A DNA stretch of 38,391 nt from Gemmatimonadota bacterium (GCA_039932015.1 JBDTQV010000001.1:1-38391); one strand, 5' to 3'. Shown: positions 1-8,232, numbered from the stretch's first letter. The notes: generated by a model not told the origin, from the letters alone. Numbers and translations are program-made.

Positions 1-594
1 ATCAGCAAGATCTCGGTGCAGACCGGTACCTCGCACGGCGGTGTCGTGCTGCCCGACGGCACGATCGCCGACGTGAAGATCGACATCGAAGCGCTCTCGG
101 CGCTGTCCCGAGTCGCACGCGAGGAGTATGGTCTCGCCGGCGCCGTGCAGCACGGGGCAAGCACGCTCCCGGCCAACGCGTTCGGCAATTTCCCGCGGGT
201 CGAGACGTGCGAGATCCATCTCGCAACCAACTTCCAGAACATCATATTCGATCATCCCGCCCTTCCGGCCGACCTGCGCCGTCGGATGATGGGATGGCTG
301 GACGACAACGCGCAGGGCGAGCGCAAGGCGGGCGATTCCGACGAGCAGTTCTACTACAAGGCACGGAAGAAGGCGATCGGCCCGTTCAAGCGCGACGTCT
401 GGTCGCTCCCGGCCGATGTGCGCGGCGCCATCGCCGCCGATCTGGAAAAGATGTTCGCGTTTCTGTTCGAGCAGCTCAACGTCAACGGCACCGCCGATCT
501 GGTGGACCGCTTCATCCAGGCCCCGATGCAGCACCACGCGGCGCTCAAGCCCGTGCTCGTCGCCGCGGCCGACGACCCCGACGCCGGGGAATAG
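1..594 (+). CDS. Class II (metal-dependent) fructose/ketose-bisphosphate aldolase family protein, C-terminal part; the 5' end is cut by the window edge
   Basis: The reading frame is open from nt 1 (ISKISVQTGTSHGG...). It contains GTSHG and QHGAS motifs typical of class II aldolases. The stop is at 592-594. Confidence 0.75.
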   Translation: MSKISVQTGTSHGGVVLPDGTIADVKIDIEALSALSRVAREEYGLAGAVQHGASTLPANAFGNFPRVETCEIHLATNFQNIIFDHPALPADLRRRMMGWLDDNAQGERKAGDSDEQFYYKARKKAIGPFKRDVWSLPADVRGAIAADLEKMFAFLFEQLNVNGTADLVDRFIQAPMQHHAALKPVLVAAADDPDAGE

Positions 595-602
595 GGGGAT
601 TC

Positions 603-1037
603 ATGATTCGTCGCAAGCAGCATGCACCTGAAGTGGTGTACGTCGACCGTGGTGGCGACTCTTCGGCCAAGTGGCTCTTTTGGGGCGCGTGCCTCGGCGC
701 CGGGCTGGCACTGCTGTATGCGCCGCGCACCGGCGAGCAGACGCGGCGCGTGCTGCAGCGTCGCCTCTGGAAGCTGCGCGCAATGTCGGAGGAAAAGATC
801 GACGATCTCGTACAGCGAATCGGGACGAAGGCCGAAGATCTCGCGGGCGGATTGGCCGACGATCAGTATGCCGGCGACGACGATTTCGAGGAGACCGAGG
901 AATTCGACGAAACGGCGGAGGGCAACGGATTTGCCGCACCGAGTGCGCGGCAGGAGCTCGAGGAGCGTCTCGAACAGGCGCGCGCGCGCCGGCGTACGCC
1001 GCGGCCCTTGCCTCGCGATGAGGAGCCGCTCGCCTGA
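603..1037 (+). CDS. YtxH-like membrane-anchored stress protein with an acidic C-terminal tail
   Basis: An internal ATG at 603 is preceded by AGGGGGA. The N-terminal segment WLFWGACLGAGLALLYAPRTGEQTRR matches the YtxH signature (a G-rich TM helix followed by AP.sG...R). The C-terminus is D/E-rich. The longer ORF start at 207 overlaps the aldolase gene and is rejected. Confidence 0.6.
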   Translation: MIRRKQHAPEVVYVDRGGDSSAKWLFWGACLGAGLALLYAPRTGEQTRRVLQRRLWKLRAMSEEKIDDLVQRIGTKAEDLAGGLADDQYAGDDDFEETEEFDETAEGNGFAAPSARQELEERLEQARARRRTPRPLPRDEEPLA

Positions 1038-1090
1038 GCGAGCGCCATCGCGGCGGGTGGTACCTCTCGCCCAAGGGGTTCCTCCGCCGC

Positions 1091-1969
1091 GTGCTCGAGG
1101 CCGCTGACGAGAGTCATCTCGCGTTTCTCGCGAGCGCGATCACGTTCGACGCGCTGCTTGCGGCGGTTCCGTTCGTGCTGTTGCTGCTGGTCGGGCTCAC
1201 CTTCCTTGCCCAGTACGTCGTCGGCACCCAATCGGTGGATCCGGTGGTGCTGTTTCACCGGTTTCTGCCGGCGCATGAGACGCTGAGCGGCCACGATCCG
1301 TTTGCGGTCATCGAGGACGTGCTCGCCCGCATCACCCAGAACCGCGGCGCGCTCTCGCTGTACGCGGCGCCCGCATTCCTCTGGTTCAGCACCCGGCTGT
1401 TCGGCGGCATTCGCACCTCGCTCAACAGCATCTATGATGTCGCCCTGCGGCCTCCGCGGCAGCACAATCTCGTCGTCAATTTTCTGATGTCCAAGGCGCG
1501 CGATGCCAGCATGGTGCTCGCGACGGTGCTGCTGCTGCTCGCCAATACGCTGCTCACGACCGAGCTCGCATTCGTGCAGGCGAGAGGCGCCGCGGTGCTT
1601 CCCCAGTTCAGTTTCTTTGTGACGGGGCTGGGGCGTGGCGTGGGTGAGCTGCTGACGTTGCTGTTCTCCGTGTCGCTGTTCTTCGTGATCTACAAGTACG
1701 CGTCGGTCCGAAAGCTTCGCTGGCGCACGGCACTTCTTGCGGCGGCGTTCGCGGCAATCGCGTTCGAAATTGCGAAGCGCCTCTACGCGTTGTATCTCGG
1801 CCACTTCGCATCCTTCAAGGGATCCAGTGGTGACGCTACGATCGGCGCGATCGTGCTCTTCGTGATCTGGCTGCATTACACCGCCATCGTCTTTCTGCTC
1901 GGCGCCGTCGTCGCGGAAACCTGGGAGCTCCGGCGCATGCAGAAACGGCAGCGTGCGATCCTGACCTGA
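1091..1969 (+). CDS. YihY/BrkB family inner-membrane protein
   Basis: The N-terminal motif LAFLASAITFDALLAAVPFVLLLL is followed by about six hydrophobic helices, as in the YihY family. The start is GTG. A slightly earlier non-canonical start cannot be excluded, because the frame is open from 1022. Confidence 0.8.
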   Translation: MLEAADESHLAFLASAITFDALLAAVPFVLLLLVGLTFLAQYVVGTQSVDPVVLFHRFLPAHETLSGHDPFAVIEDVLARITQNRGALSLYAAPAFLWFSTRLFGGIRTSLNSIYDVALRPPRQHNLVVNFLMSKARDASMVLATVLLLLANTLLTTELAFVQARGAAVLPQFSFFVTGLGRGVGELLTLLFSVSLFFVIYKYASVRKLRWRTALLAAAFAAIAFEIAKRLYALYLGHFASFKGSSGDATIGAIVLFVIWLHYTAIVFLLGAVVAETWELRRMQKRQRAILT

Positions 1970-2000
1970 CGCTTCCACCCGGCGTGCGCTGCCGTTATCT

Positions 2001-2110
2001 TGGTGATGCCTCAGGTCCGAAGGGCGCCGGCGCGTGAACCGCGTCAGGACCTTGCCGGTAGCAGCGCTAAGCGATGCCCGGTGTCGCTTCGGGGTGCCTG
2101 AGGCACTTTT
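2001..2110 (+). ncRNA. ffs: Putative small (4.5S-type) signal recognition particle RNA
   Basis: GUCAGGACC-UUGCC-GGUAGCAGCGCUAAG (2043-2072) matches the conserved helix-8 core of bacterial SRP RNA (compare E. coli GUCAGGUCCGGAAGGAAGCAGCCAAGG). The 5' arm GUGAUGCCUCAGG/CCGAAG (2003-2022) pairs with the 3' arm CUUCGG/CCUGAGGCAC (2087-2106). A U-run follows at 2107-2117. The position immediately upstream of dnaX is the classic ffs locus. The ends are approximate. Confidence 0.6.
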
Positions 2111-2136
2111 CTTTTTTCTCCCTCCGTCAGCCAATC

Positions 2137-3819
2137 ATGTCCATCGCGCTCGCCCGTCGGTACCGTCCGAAGCGTTTTGCCGACCTGCTGGTGCAGGATC
2201 ACGTCACCGCGGTCCTCCGCGGCGCCGTCGCACGCGGGCGTGTCGGCCACGGGTACCTGCTCACCGGGCCGCGCGGAGTCGGGAAGACGACCGCCGCGCG
2301 CATCCTCGCGATGGCGCTCAATTGCCCTGATCGCGACGCCAGCGGCGACCCCTGCGGCGTCTGTGAAAACTGCGAGCGCATCTGGAACGGTTCGGCCAAT
2401 CTGGACGTGGTCGAAATCGACGCGGCCAGCAATCGCGGTGTGGACGATGCCCGCGATCTGCGTGAGCGCGCGATGTACGCCGCGTCGCAGGAGGGGCACT
2501 ACAAGGTCTACATCGTCGACGAGGCCCACATGCTCACGCGTGAGGCCTGGAACGCCCTGCTGAAGGTGCTCGAGGAGCCGCCGCCGGGCGTCGTGTTCGT
2601 CTTCGCGACGACCGAGCCTCAGAAGATCGCCGCGACTGCGGCACCCGTGATGTCGCGTCTGCAACGCTTCGATTTCCGGCGGATCGGGCCGGCGGCCATT
2701 CGCGATCGTCTGCGCGCCGTGCTGAACGCGGAGCAGCTCGCGGCCGATGACGACGCGCTCACGCTCATCGCCCGCCACGCCGACGGCGGCATGCGGGATG
2801 CGCTCTCGATTCTCGATCAGTGCCTCAGCTTCGGAGAAGGCGCGATCACGGCTGAGCGTGTGCGCGAGACTCTCGGGCTTGTCGGCGACGATGTGTACGC
2901 GGCGTTGCTCACGGCCGTCGTCGGACGCGATCCCGCCGCGGTCTTTCCACTGGTCGACCAGCTCATGGAAGCCGGTGCGGACCTCGGTGAGTTCATGAAC
3001 GGTGCGGCGGAGATGCTGCGCGCGCTGCTGATGGTGCAGGTGCGTGCCGAGCCGGAAGGGCTCACTGAGTCGATGCGAGAGTTGCTCAGGCTGTATGCGG
3101 CAGAGCTGCAGCCAGGCGACGTGCTCCGGATGCTTCGCCTGCTCACCGACAACGAGACGGCCATTCGCCGGAGCGCCAATAGCCGGCTTGTCGTCGAGAC
3201 GCTGCTGTTGCGCTGGACGATGCTCGATCGCGTCGTGGATCTCGAGCGCGTGATCACCGGCGCCGCGCCCGCCAGCGCCACCCGCACTGCGCCGCCGTCC
3301 CGGCCCACTCTCCCGCCGGCACCAGTCGCCGCCCGCGCCGAGCGGCCGGCGCCGGCGCCGGTGTCGCGCTCCGCACCGCATGCGGTCAACGCTGAAGCGC
3401 TGGCATCCCCGCCTGATGCAGACACGGTGCCGTTCACGCTCGATGGACTTCGGGAGCAGTGGCCCGCGATCCTGGGGCTCGTGCGCGAGCGCAGTCGTTT
3501 TCTGGGCGAGGCGCTCGCCGGGACGGATCCGGTCGCGGTTGAGCCGCCGCTGCTCACCGTGGCACTCGGAAGTCCCAATCCGCTATTCCTCGAGCGGCTG
3601 GAGCAACAGGCGATGGTGATCGAAGAGATCGTCGGCCGGGCCGTCGGCGCTCCGGTGCGCCTTCGCATCGGGAGCGGCGCGCCGTCCGCATCGGCCGAGC
3701 CGCGTGCTCGCCGCATGTCGGAAGCGAGCATCCGGGCCGATCGCCTCAAAGGGTTTCGTGCGCAGGACGCGGCGCTCGACACCGCCGCGGATGAGTTAGA
3801 TTTGGAGATCGTGGATTGA
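2137..3819 (+). CDS. dnaX: DNA polymerase III subunit gamma/tau
   Basis: The N-terminus MSIALARRYRPKRFADLLVQDHV is followed by Walker A GPRGVGKTT, a Cys cluster (CPDRDASGDPCGVCENC) and Walker B YIVDEAHML. A P/A-rich linker and a tau C-terminal domain follow. ATG 2137 is preferred over ORF start 2074, which would overlap the SRP RNA. Confidence 0.95.
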   Translation: MSIALARRYRPKRFADLLVQDHVTAVLRGAVARGRVGHGYLLTGPRGVGKTTAARILAMALNCPDRDASGDPCGVCENCERIWNGSANLDVVEIDAASNRGVDDARDLRERAMYAASQEGHYKVYIVDEAHMLTREAWNALLKVLEEPPPGVVFVFATTEPQKIAATAAPVMSRLQRFDFRRIGPAAIRDRLRAVLNAEQLAADDDALTLIARHADGGMRDALSILDQCLSFGEGAITAERVRETLGLVGDDVYAALLTAVVGRDPAAVFPLVDQLMEAGADLGEFMNGAAEMLRALLMVQVRAEPEGLTESMRELLRLYAAELQPGDVLRMLRLLTDNETAIRRSANSRLVVETLLLRWTMLDRVVDLERVITGAAPASATRTAPPSRPTLPPAPVAARAERPAPAPVSRSAPHAVNAEALASPPDADTVPFTLDGLREQWPAILGLVRERSRFLGEALAGTDPVAVEPPLLTVALGSPNPLFLERLEQQAMVIEEIVGRAVGAPVRLRIGSGAPSASAEPRARRMSEASIRADRLKGFRAQDAALDTAADELDLEIVD

Positions 3820-3823
3820 CGTT

Positions 3824-3843
3824 GCGGCACCTCTCTGTGCCGC
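3824..3843 (+). other. Perfect 7-bp GC-rich hairpin just after the dnaX stop (GCGGCAC-CTCTCT-GTGCCGC), with no U-tract
   Basis: Read directly from the sequence. It lies in the 60-nt dnaX-ybaB spacer. Its function is unknown; it could be a processing or stability element or a weak attenuator. Confidence 0.3.
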
Positions 3844-3879
3844 CTGGCTTGGCGTGAGATTGCGGGGCATCGGAATCGT

Positions 3880-4197
3880 ATGGCGGACTTTCAGCAGCTG
3901 TTACAACTCGGCCAGCAGGTGCAGGGGCGCCTCGCGGAGCTTCAGAGCAATCTGGCTAATCGGGTCATCGACGTGTCGGCCGGCGCGGGGATGGTGCGTG
4001 TCAGCGCGGACGGTCGCGGCAGCATCCGGACGATCACGATCGAGCCGGCCGCCTTCGAGGGCCGCGACGCCGAGCTTCTGAGCGATCTCGTTCTTTCCGC
4101 GGTCGCCGAGGCACAGCGCCGTGCCGCAGAGCTGATGCAGGCCGAAATGCGGAAGGTGCCGGCGCTGCAGTCATTGCCGTTTCCCCCGGCCCTCTGA
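3880..4197 (+). CDS. ybaB: YbaB/EbfC family nucleoid-associated DNA-binding protein
   Basis: The protein is 105 aa and contains the typical GMVRVSADGRGSIRTITIEP...LLSDLVLSAVAEAQRRA core. It sits in the conserved dnaX-ybaB-recR arrangement. Confidence 0.9.
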   Translation: MADFQQLLQLGQQVQGRLAELQSNLANRVIDVSAGAGMVRVSADGRGSIRTITIEPAAFEGRDAELLSDLVLSAVAEAQRRAAELMQAEMRKVPALQSLPFPPAL

Positions 4198-4200
4198 CCG

Positions 4201-4791
4201 GTGAGCGCGATCGAGACGCTGATCGCCGAGCTCGCGCGTCTGCCGGGCATCGGCCGGAAGACCGCGCAACGGCTCGCGTTTCATCTGCTGCAGCAGCCGC
4301 CGGAGCAGGTCGGCCGGCTGGCGAGCGCGCTCGTTTCGGTGGCAGAGCTGGTCCATCCGTGCGATACCTGCGGTAACCTGACCGAAGAGCAACCCTGTGC
4401 GATCTGCCGCGATCCACGGCGGGATCCGGCACTGATGTGCGTTGTCGAGGATGCGTCGGCGGTGGGCGTGGTGGACCGTTCGACCGATTTTCGGGGCCGC
4501 TACCACGTTCTGGGCGGCCGGCTGTCGCCCCTGGACGGAATTGGTCCGGAAGCGCTCAGGCTGGATGCGCTGGTACGGCGTGTGCATGACGACGGCGTCC
4601 GCGAGGTGATTCTGGCGACCAATCCATCGATGGAGGGCGAGGTGACGGCAACGTACATCCAGCAGCTCCTCGCCGGGTCATCGGTCCGGGTTACCCGCCT
4701 CGCGCGTGGCCTTCCCATGGGCGGCGACCTGGAATATGTGGATGGCGCCACGCTCGCCCACGCGCTCACTGCGCGGCAGGAGGTGCAGTGA
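4201..4791 (+). CDS. recR: Recombination protein RecR
   Basis: It has the helix-hairpin-helix motif LARLPGIGRKTAQRLAFHLL, a C4 zinc finger (CDTCGNLTEEQPCAIC) and a Toprim domain (VVEDASAV...ILATNPSMEGEVTA). The start is GTG. Confidence 0.95.
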   Translation: MSAIETLIAELARLPGIGRKTAQRLAFHLLQQPPEQVGRLASALVSVAELVHPCDTCGNLTEEQPCAICRDPRRDPALMCVVEDASAVGVVDRSTDFRGRYHVLGGRLSPLDGIGPEALRLDALVRRVHDDGVREVILATNPSMEGEVTATYIQQLLAGSSVRVTRLARGLPMGGDLEYVDGATLAHALTARQEVQ

Positions 4792-5060
4792 TGCGCTCCC
4801 GCACCCGCGTCTTCGTCGGCTCCGCGGCGGTCGGCATTGCCGCGGGCTGGGTGCTCGCCCAGCAGCGGCTCGCGCGCCACCGCCGGGATTTGTTCAGCCC
4901 GCGGCCGCTGCGGCGCCTCGCGGCGCTTGGCTACCTCGCGGGCCAGGAGGGCATCGAAACCGTCAGAGTGCTTCGCGACTACCTCCGGTGGGAACGACAG
5001 CCCATGCTCCGCCAGCGCGCTGATGCGATCGTGCGCCGGATGGAAGCGACGATCGGCTGA
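4791..5060 (+). CDS. Small hypothetical membrane protein (N-terminal TM helix plus one HEAT-repeat-like unit)
   Basis: The start overlaps the recR stop (GTGATG; either GTG 4788 or ATG 4791). The TM helix is VFVGSAAVGIAAGWVL. RRLAALGYLAGQEGIETVRVLRDYL resembles a single HEAT/PBS-lyase-type repeat. Codon third positions are GC-rich, like the neighbouring genes. Confidence 0.45.
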   Translation: MRSRTRVFVGSAAVGIAAGWVLAQQRLARHRRDLFSPRPLRRLAALGYLAGQEGIETVRVLRDYLRWERQPMLRQRADAIVRRMEATIG

Positions 5061-5068
5061 GGCGGACC

Positions 5069-5560
5069 ATGTCCGGTGCATCCAGCTGGTCATTTCGCGA
5101 GGAGGACGCGCGACGGATCGAGGGAATCCTGAACGGATTTCTGCGCGAATCCGTGGCGCGAACCGCGCTGATCGTCGACCGTGCCGGCCAGCTCGTGGCC
5201 ACCGTCGGCGAGGCCCCCGCCTTCGATCCTACCGCATTCGCTTCGCTCACCGCCGCCGATTTCAGTGCCAACGACCAGCTCGCCCGGATGCTCGGCGAGC
5301 CCGAATTCGGCGCGCTGTTCCATCAGGGTGAACGCGAGTCGATGTACCTGGCGGACGTGGCGCGGCGGGTGATTCTCGTCGTGCTGTTCGACAATCGCAC
5401 GACGCTCGGGCTGGTAAAGCTCCGCGTCCGCGCCGCGGTGCAGGAGCTCAATCAGGTCTTTGCCGACATGTTCGACCGCGAAGCCGCGGATGCGCCCCAC
5501 GTCGAGTCCGGCTTTCTCGGCGACGCGGAAGACGAAATCGACAAACTCTTCGGAGCCTGA
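5069..5560 (+). CDS. mglB: Roadblock/LC7 domain protein MglB (GTPase-activating partner of MglA)
   Basis: It is strongly similar to my recollection of Myxococcus MglB ([11 protein letters not shown]..., ASLTAA..., [20 protein letters not shown]-terminal DEIDKLF). It lies directly upstream of mglA. GAGG lies 6 nt before the ATG. Confidence 0.85.
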   Translation: MSGASSWSFREEDARRIEGILNGFLRESVARTALIVDRAGQLVATVGEAPAFDPTAFASLTAADFSANDQLARMLGEPEFGALFHQGERESMYLADVARRVILVVLFDNRTTLGLVKLRVRAAVQELNQVFADMFDREAADAPHVESGFLGDAEDEIDKLFGA

Positions 5561-5574
5561 GGGGAACCGCACGC

Positions 5575-6249
5575 ATGTCGATGATCAACTACGCGTCCCG
5601 CGAGATCAACTGCAAGCTCGTCTACTACGGGCCTGGCCTCGGCGGCAAGACGACCAATCTCGAGTTCGTCTACAACAAGGTCGCGCCCACGTCGCGCGGG
5701 AAGATGATCTCGCTCGCTACCGAGACCGAGCGGACGCTCTTCTTCGATTTCCTCCCGGTCGACCTCGGCACCATTCGCGGCTTCAAGGTGAAGTTTCACC
5801 TCTACACCGTGCCGGGCCAGGTGTACTACAACGCCTCGCGCAAGCTGATTCTCAAAGGCGTGGACGGCGTCGTCTTTGTCGGCGACAGCCAGCTGGAACG
5901 GATGGAAGCCAATATCGAAGCCATGCAGAATCTCTACGATAACATGGCTGAGCATGGGTACGATCTCACGAAGATTCCGTTCGCCATCCAGTACAACAAG
6001 CGTGACCTGCCGAATGCGGCGACGATCGCCGAGCTGCAGGCGTCGCTCAATCCGGGCTGGATCGTCGAGGATCCGTCGCGCAAGCGTGAGCTGCCCGACC
6101 CGGAACATCCCGGCGAATTTCTCGTCAGCCAGCAGGATGGTCAGTGGATCGAGCGCGCCCCGTACTTCGAGGCCGTCGCGGTCTCGGGTGACGGCGTGTT
6201 CGACACGCTCAAGGCCATCAGCAAGACCGTCGTCAAGACACTCGGCTAA
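5575..6249 (+). CDS. mglA: Ras-like small GTPase MglA, carrying a ~30-aa insertion
   Basis: The sequence [29 protein letters not shown]...LFFDFLP...HLYTVPGQV...[10 protein letters not shown]...VFDTLKA is near-identical in its motifs to M. xanthus MglA. Length is 224 aa against about 195 aa for the canonical protein. Confidence 0.9.
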   Translation: MSMINYASREINCKLVYYGPGLGGKTTNLEFVYNKVAPTSRGKMISLATETERTLFFDFLPVDLGTIRGFKVKFHLYTVPGQVYYNASRKLILKGVDGVVFVGDSQLERMEANIEAMQNLYDNMAEHGYDLTKIPFAIQYNKRDLPNAATIAELQASLNPGWIVEDPSRKRELPDPEHPGEFLVSQQDGQWIERAPYFEAVAVSGDGVFDTLKAISKTVVKTLG

Positions 6250-6261
6250 GCCGTGCCACGG

Positions 6262-6900
6262 ATGTGGACGATTCCCAACATCATTACCGTCGTCCGCATC
6301 TGCTTCACGCCGATCATCGCACTGCTGCCGTTCATCGAGGGCTACTGGCCCAAGCTGATCTGCTTCGCCGTATTCATCGTGGCAGCCGTCAGTGATGTGT
6401 TCGACGGCTACTATGCGCGGAGCAGAAATCTCGTCTCAGATCTTGGCAAGATGCTCGACCCGATCGCGGACAAGCTGCTGCTCTTCGCCACGCTGCTTCC
6501 GATCTACTGGATTTCCCGCCAGCGGCACGATCTCTACAACATCCCGGTCTGGGGCAGCATTCCGCTCTGGGTCTGTGCGCTGCTCATCGGGCGCGAGCTG
6601 GCGATGACCGGCTTTCGCTGGTGGGCACAGCGCCGCGGCATCGTGATTCCAGCGGGCAACGCCGGCAAGCTCAAGGCGGTGTTGCAGAATATCTTCATCG
6701 GCGCCATCATCCTCTGGTTCGCCTTCCGCGATGCGCGAAAGCCGCTCGGCTGGGAGCACAGCCGCTTCGCGCGCTTCTGGAACAGCTTCCACGGCAATTT
6801 CGTCGCCGTAACGCTCGCGGTGGCCACGCTGCTGACGGTTTACTCGTTCGGACTCTACATGTACCGCTATCGCCGCCTCTTTTCCGAGCGCGCGCGCTAG
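6262..6900 (+). CDS. pgsA: CDP-diacylglycerol--glycerol-3-phosphate 3-phosphatidyltransferase (CDP-alcohol phosphatidyltransferase family)
   Basis: It carries the CDP-alcohol motif DVFDGYYAR...G..LDPIADKLL. The N-terminus MWTIPNIITVVR is like PgsA. An alternative GTG start lies at 6253. Confidence 0.85.
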   Translation: MWTIPNIITVVRICFTPIIALLPFIEGYWPKLICFAVFIVAAVSDVFDGYYARSRNLVSDLGKMLDPIADKLLLFATLLPIYWISRQRHDLYNIPVWGSIPLWVCALLIGRELAMTGFRWWAQRRGIVIPAGNAGKLKAVLQNIFIGAIILWFAFRDARKPLGWEHSRFARFWNSFHGNFVAVTLAVATLLTVYSFGLYMYRYRRLFSERAR

Positions 6901-6924
6901 CGCTCCTGCCTCCGGCCGCACTCC

Positions 6925-8172
6925 ATGGACATCGAGCTCGTCACCATCGGCACCGAGCTGCTGCTCGGATTCACCATCGACACCAATGGTGCCGAGATCG
7001 CGCGCAGCCTGGCGGCGCACGGCGTGCGCGTCGTGCGTCGGGCGTCGATCGCTGATCGCGCGGAAGACATTCGCGACGCCGTCGAAAGCGCGCTCGCCCG
7101 TACCGGTGCGGTAATCACGACCGGCGGGCTCGGACCCACCCGCGACGACATCACCAAGCGAGTCGTCGCGGACATCTTCGGCTGGCCGCTCGAGTTCGAC
7201 GACACGGTGTGGGAAGCACTGCTCGCGCGCTTTGCGCGCGTCGGGCGCGCGCCGGTGGCGAGCAATCGCTCGCAGGCCGAAGTCCCGCGTGGTGCGACCG
7301 TGCTGCCGAATCAGTGGGGCACCGCGCCGGGTCTCTGGCTTGAAGGCGCGCGCGGACTGGTGGTGATGCTCCCCGGCGTTCCGCATGAGATGCGGAATCT
7401 GCTGGCGCACGAGGTGGTGCCGCGCATGAACGGCCGCGGCGGCGGCACGGTGATCGCCTCGCGCAGCGTCCGCACCAGCGGCATTGCCGAGAGCACGCTG
7501 GCCGAGCGGCTGGGAGACATCGAGGACACCGTGGCCCCACTCACGCTGGCCTACCTGCCTGGCGTCGAAGGTGTCGATTTGCGATTGACCGCCTGGAATC
7601 TCCCCGCGACGGAATCCGCGTCGCGGCTGGAGGCGGGCGTGACGGAGCTCCGTACGCGCGCCGGCCAGTTCGTGTACGGCGAGGGGAGCGATGATCTCGC
7701 AGCGCTCGTCGTGCAGCGTGCGCGCGAAGCCGGAGTGCGGATTGCCGTGGCCGAATCGTGCACCGGCGGCCTGGTTGGCGCGCGGCTCACCGCGATTCCC
7801 GGCAGCTCGGATGTGTTCACAGGCGGCGTGATCACCTACAGTGACGCGCTCAAGACGTTGCTGCTCGGTGTCGATCCCGGTGTGCTCGCATCGGCAGGCG
7901 CGGTGAGCGAAGCGACGGCAAAGGCCATGGCAGAAGGCGCGCGCGAGCGTCTGGGCGCAGACCTGGCGGTCAGCATCACCGGTGTCGCAGGCCCAGGGGG
8001 CGGCTCGGAGGCAAAACCGGTCGGAACGGTATGGCTTGCCATCGCGGGCGCCGATGCGGCGGCGACGGCGGTCCAGATGAATTTCGGCGGCGATCGCGGC
8101 GATGTCCGCGCGCGCTCGGCGCAGGCGGCGCTGCTTCTGCTGCTCCGCCGCATCGCGGCGCACCAGGGCTGA
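6925..8172 (+). CDS. cinA: CinA family protein (MoCF-like N-domain plus nicotinamide-nucleotide amidohydrolase PncC C-domain)
   Basis: The N-terminus is MDIELVTIGTELLLGFTIDTNGAEIA and contains GGLGPTRDDITK. The C-terminal domain contains IAVAESCTGG...VSITGVAGPGGG. Confidence 0.9.
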   Translation: MDIELVTIGTELLLGFTIDTNGAEIARSLAAHGVRVVRRASIADRAEDIRDAVESALARTGAVITTGGLGPTRDDITKRVVADIFGWPLEFDDTVWEALLARFARVGRAPVASNRSQAEVPRGATVLPNQWGTAPGLWLEGARGLVVMLPGVPHEMRNLLAHEVVPRMNGRGGGTVIASRSVRTSGIAESTLAERLGDIEDTVAPLTLAYLPGVEGVDLRLTAWNLPATESASRLEAGVTELRTRAGQFVYGEGSDDLAALVVQRAREAGVRIAVAESCTGGLVGARLTAIPGSSDVFTGGVITYSDALKTLLLGVDPGVLASAGAVSEATAKAMAEGARERLGADLAVSITGVAGPGGGSEAKPVGTVWLAIAGADAAATAVQMNFGGDRGDVRARSAQAALLLLLRRIAAHQG

Positions 8173-8204
8173 GTCGCCCTCCTTGCTCCGCCGGTTCTGG
8201 TTAT

Positions 8205-8232
8205 CTTTCTTCGGTCAAACCCCCGAAGAGAG
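8205..8232 (+). promoter_or_regulatory. 10-bp hairpin (CUUUCUUCGG-UCAAACCC-CCGAAGAGAG) whose purine-rich 3' arm is the likely grpE ribosome-binding site; candidate RNA thermometer
   Basis: The pairing was read from the sequence: 9 Watson-Crick pairs plus 1 G-U, with an 8-nt loop. The 3' arm ends 7 nt before GTG 8240. The regulatory role is inference only. Confidence 0.35.

Noticed and set aside
863-2134. A long 423-aa minus-strand ORF. Similar long ORFs antisense to confident genes include 2044-3381(-), 2817-3830(-), 6436-8163(-), 12886-14514(+), 14435-15703(+), 17571-18959(-), 21390-23414(+), 30760-31842(-), 35311-36243(+) and 36540-37247(-).
   Set aside because: - Each lies antisense to, or out of frame with, a gene that carries clear family motifs.
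- Their translations are the Arg/Ala/Pro/Gly-rich low-complexity strings typical of off-frame reading in ~70% GC DNA.
- None shows a recognisable domain.
2137-3819. Programmed ribosomal frameshift or transcriptional slippage site in dnaX (gamma versus tau), as in E. coli (A AAA AAG) or Thermus (an A-run)
   Set aside because: I scanned the gene by eye and saw no A-run or X XXY YYZ slippery heptamer with a downstream structure. There is no evidence for it here.
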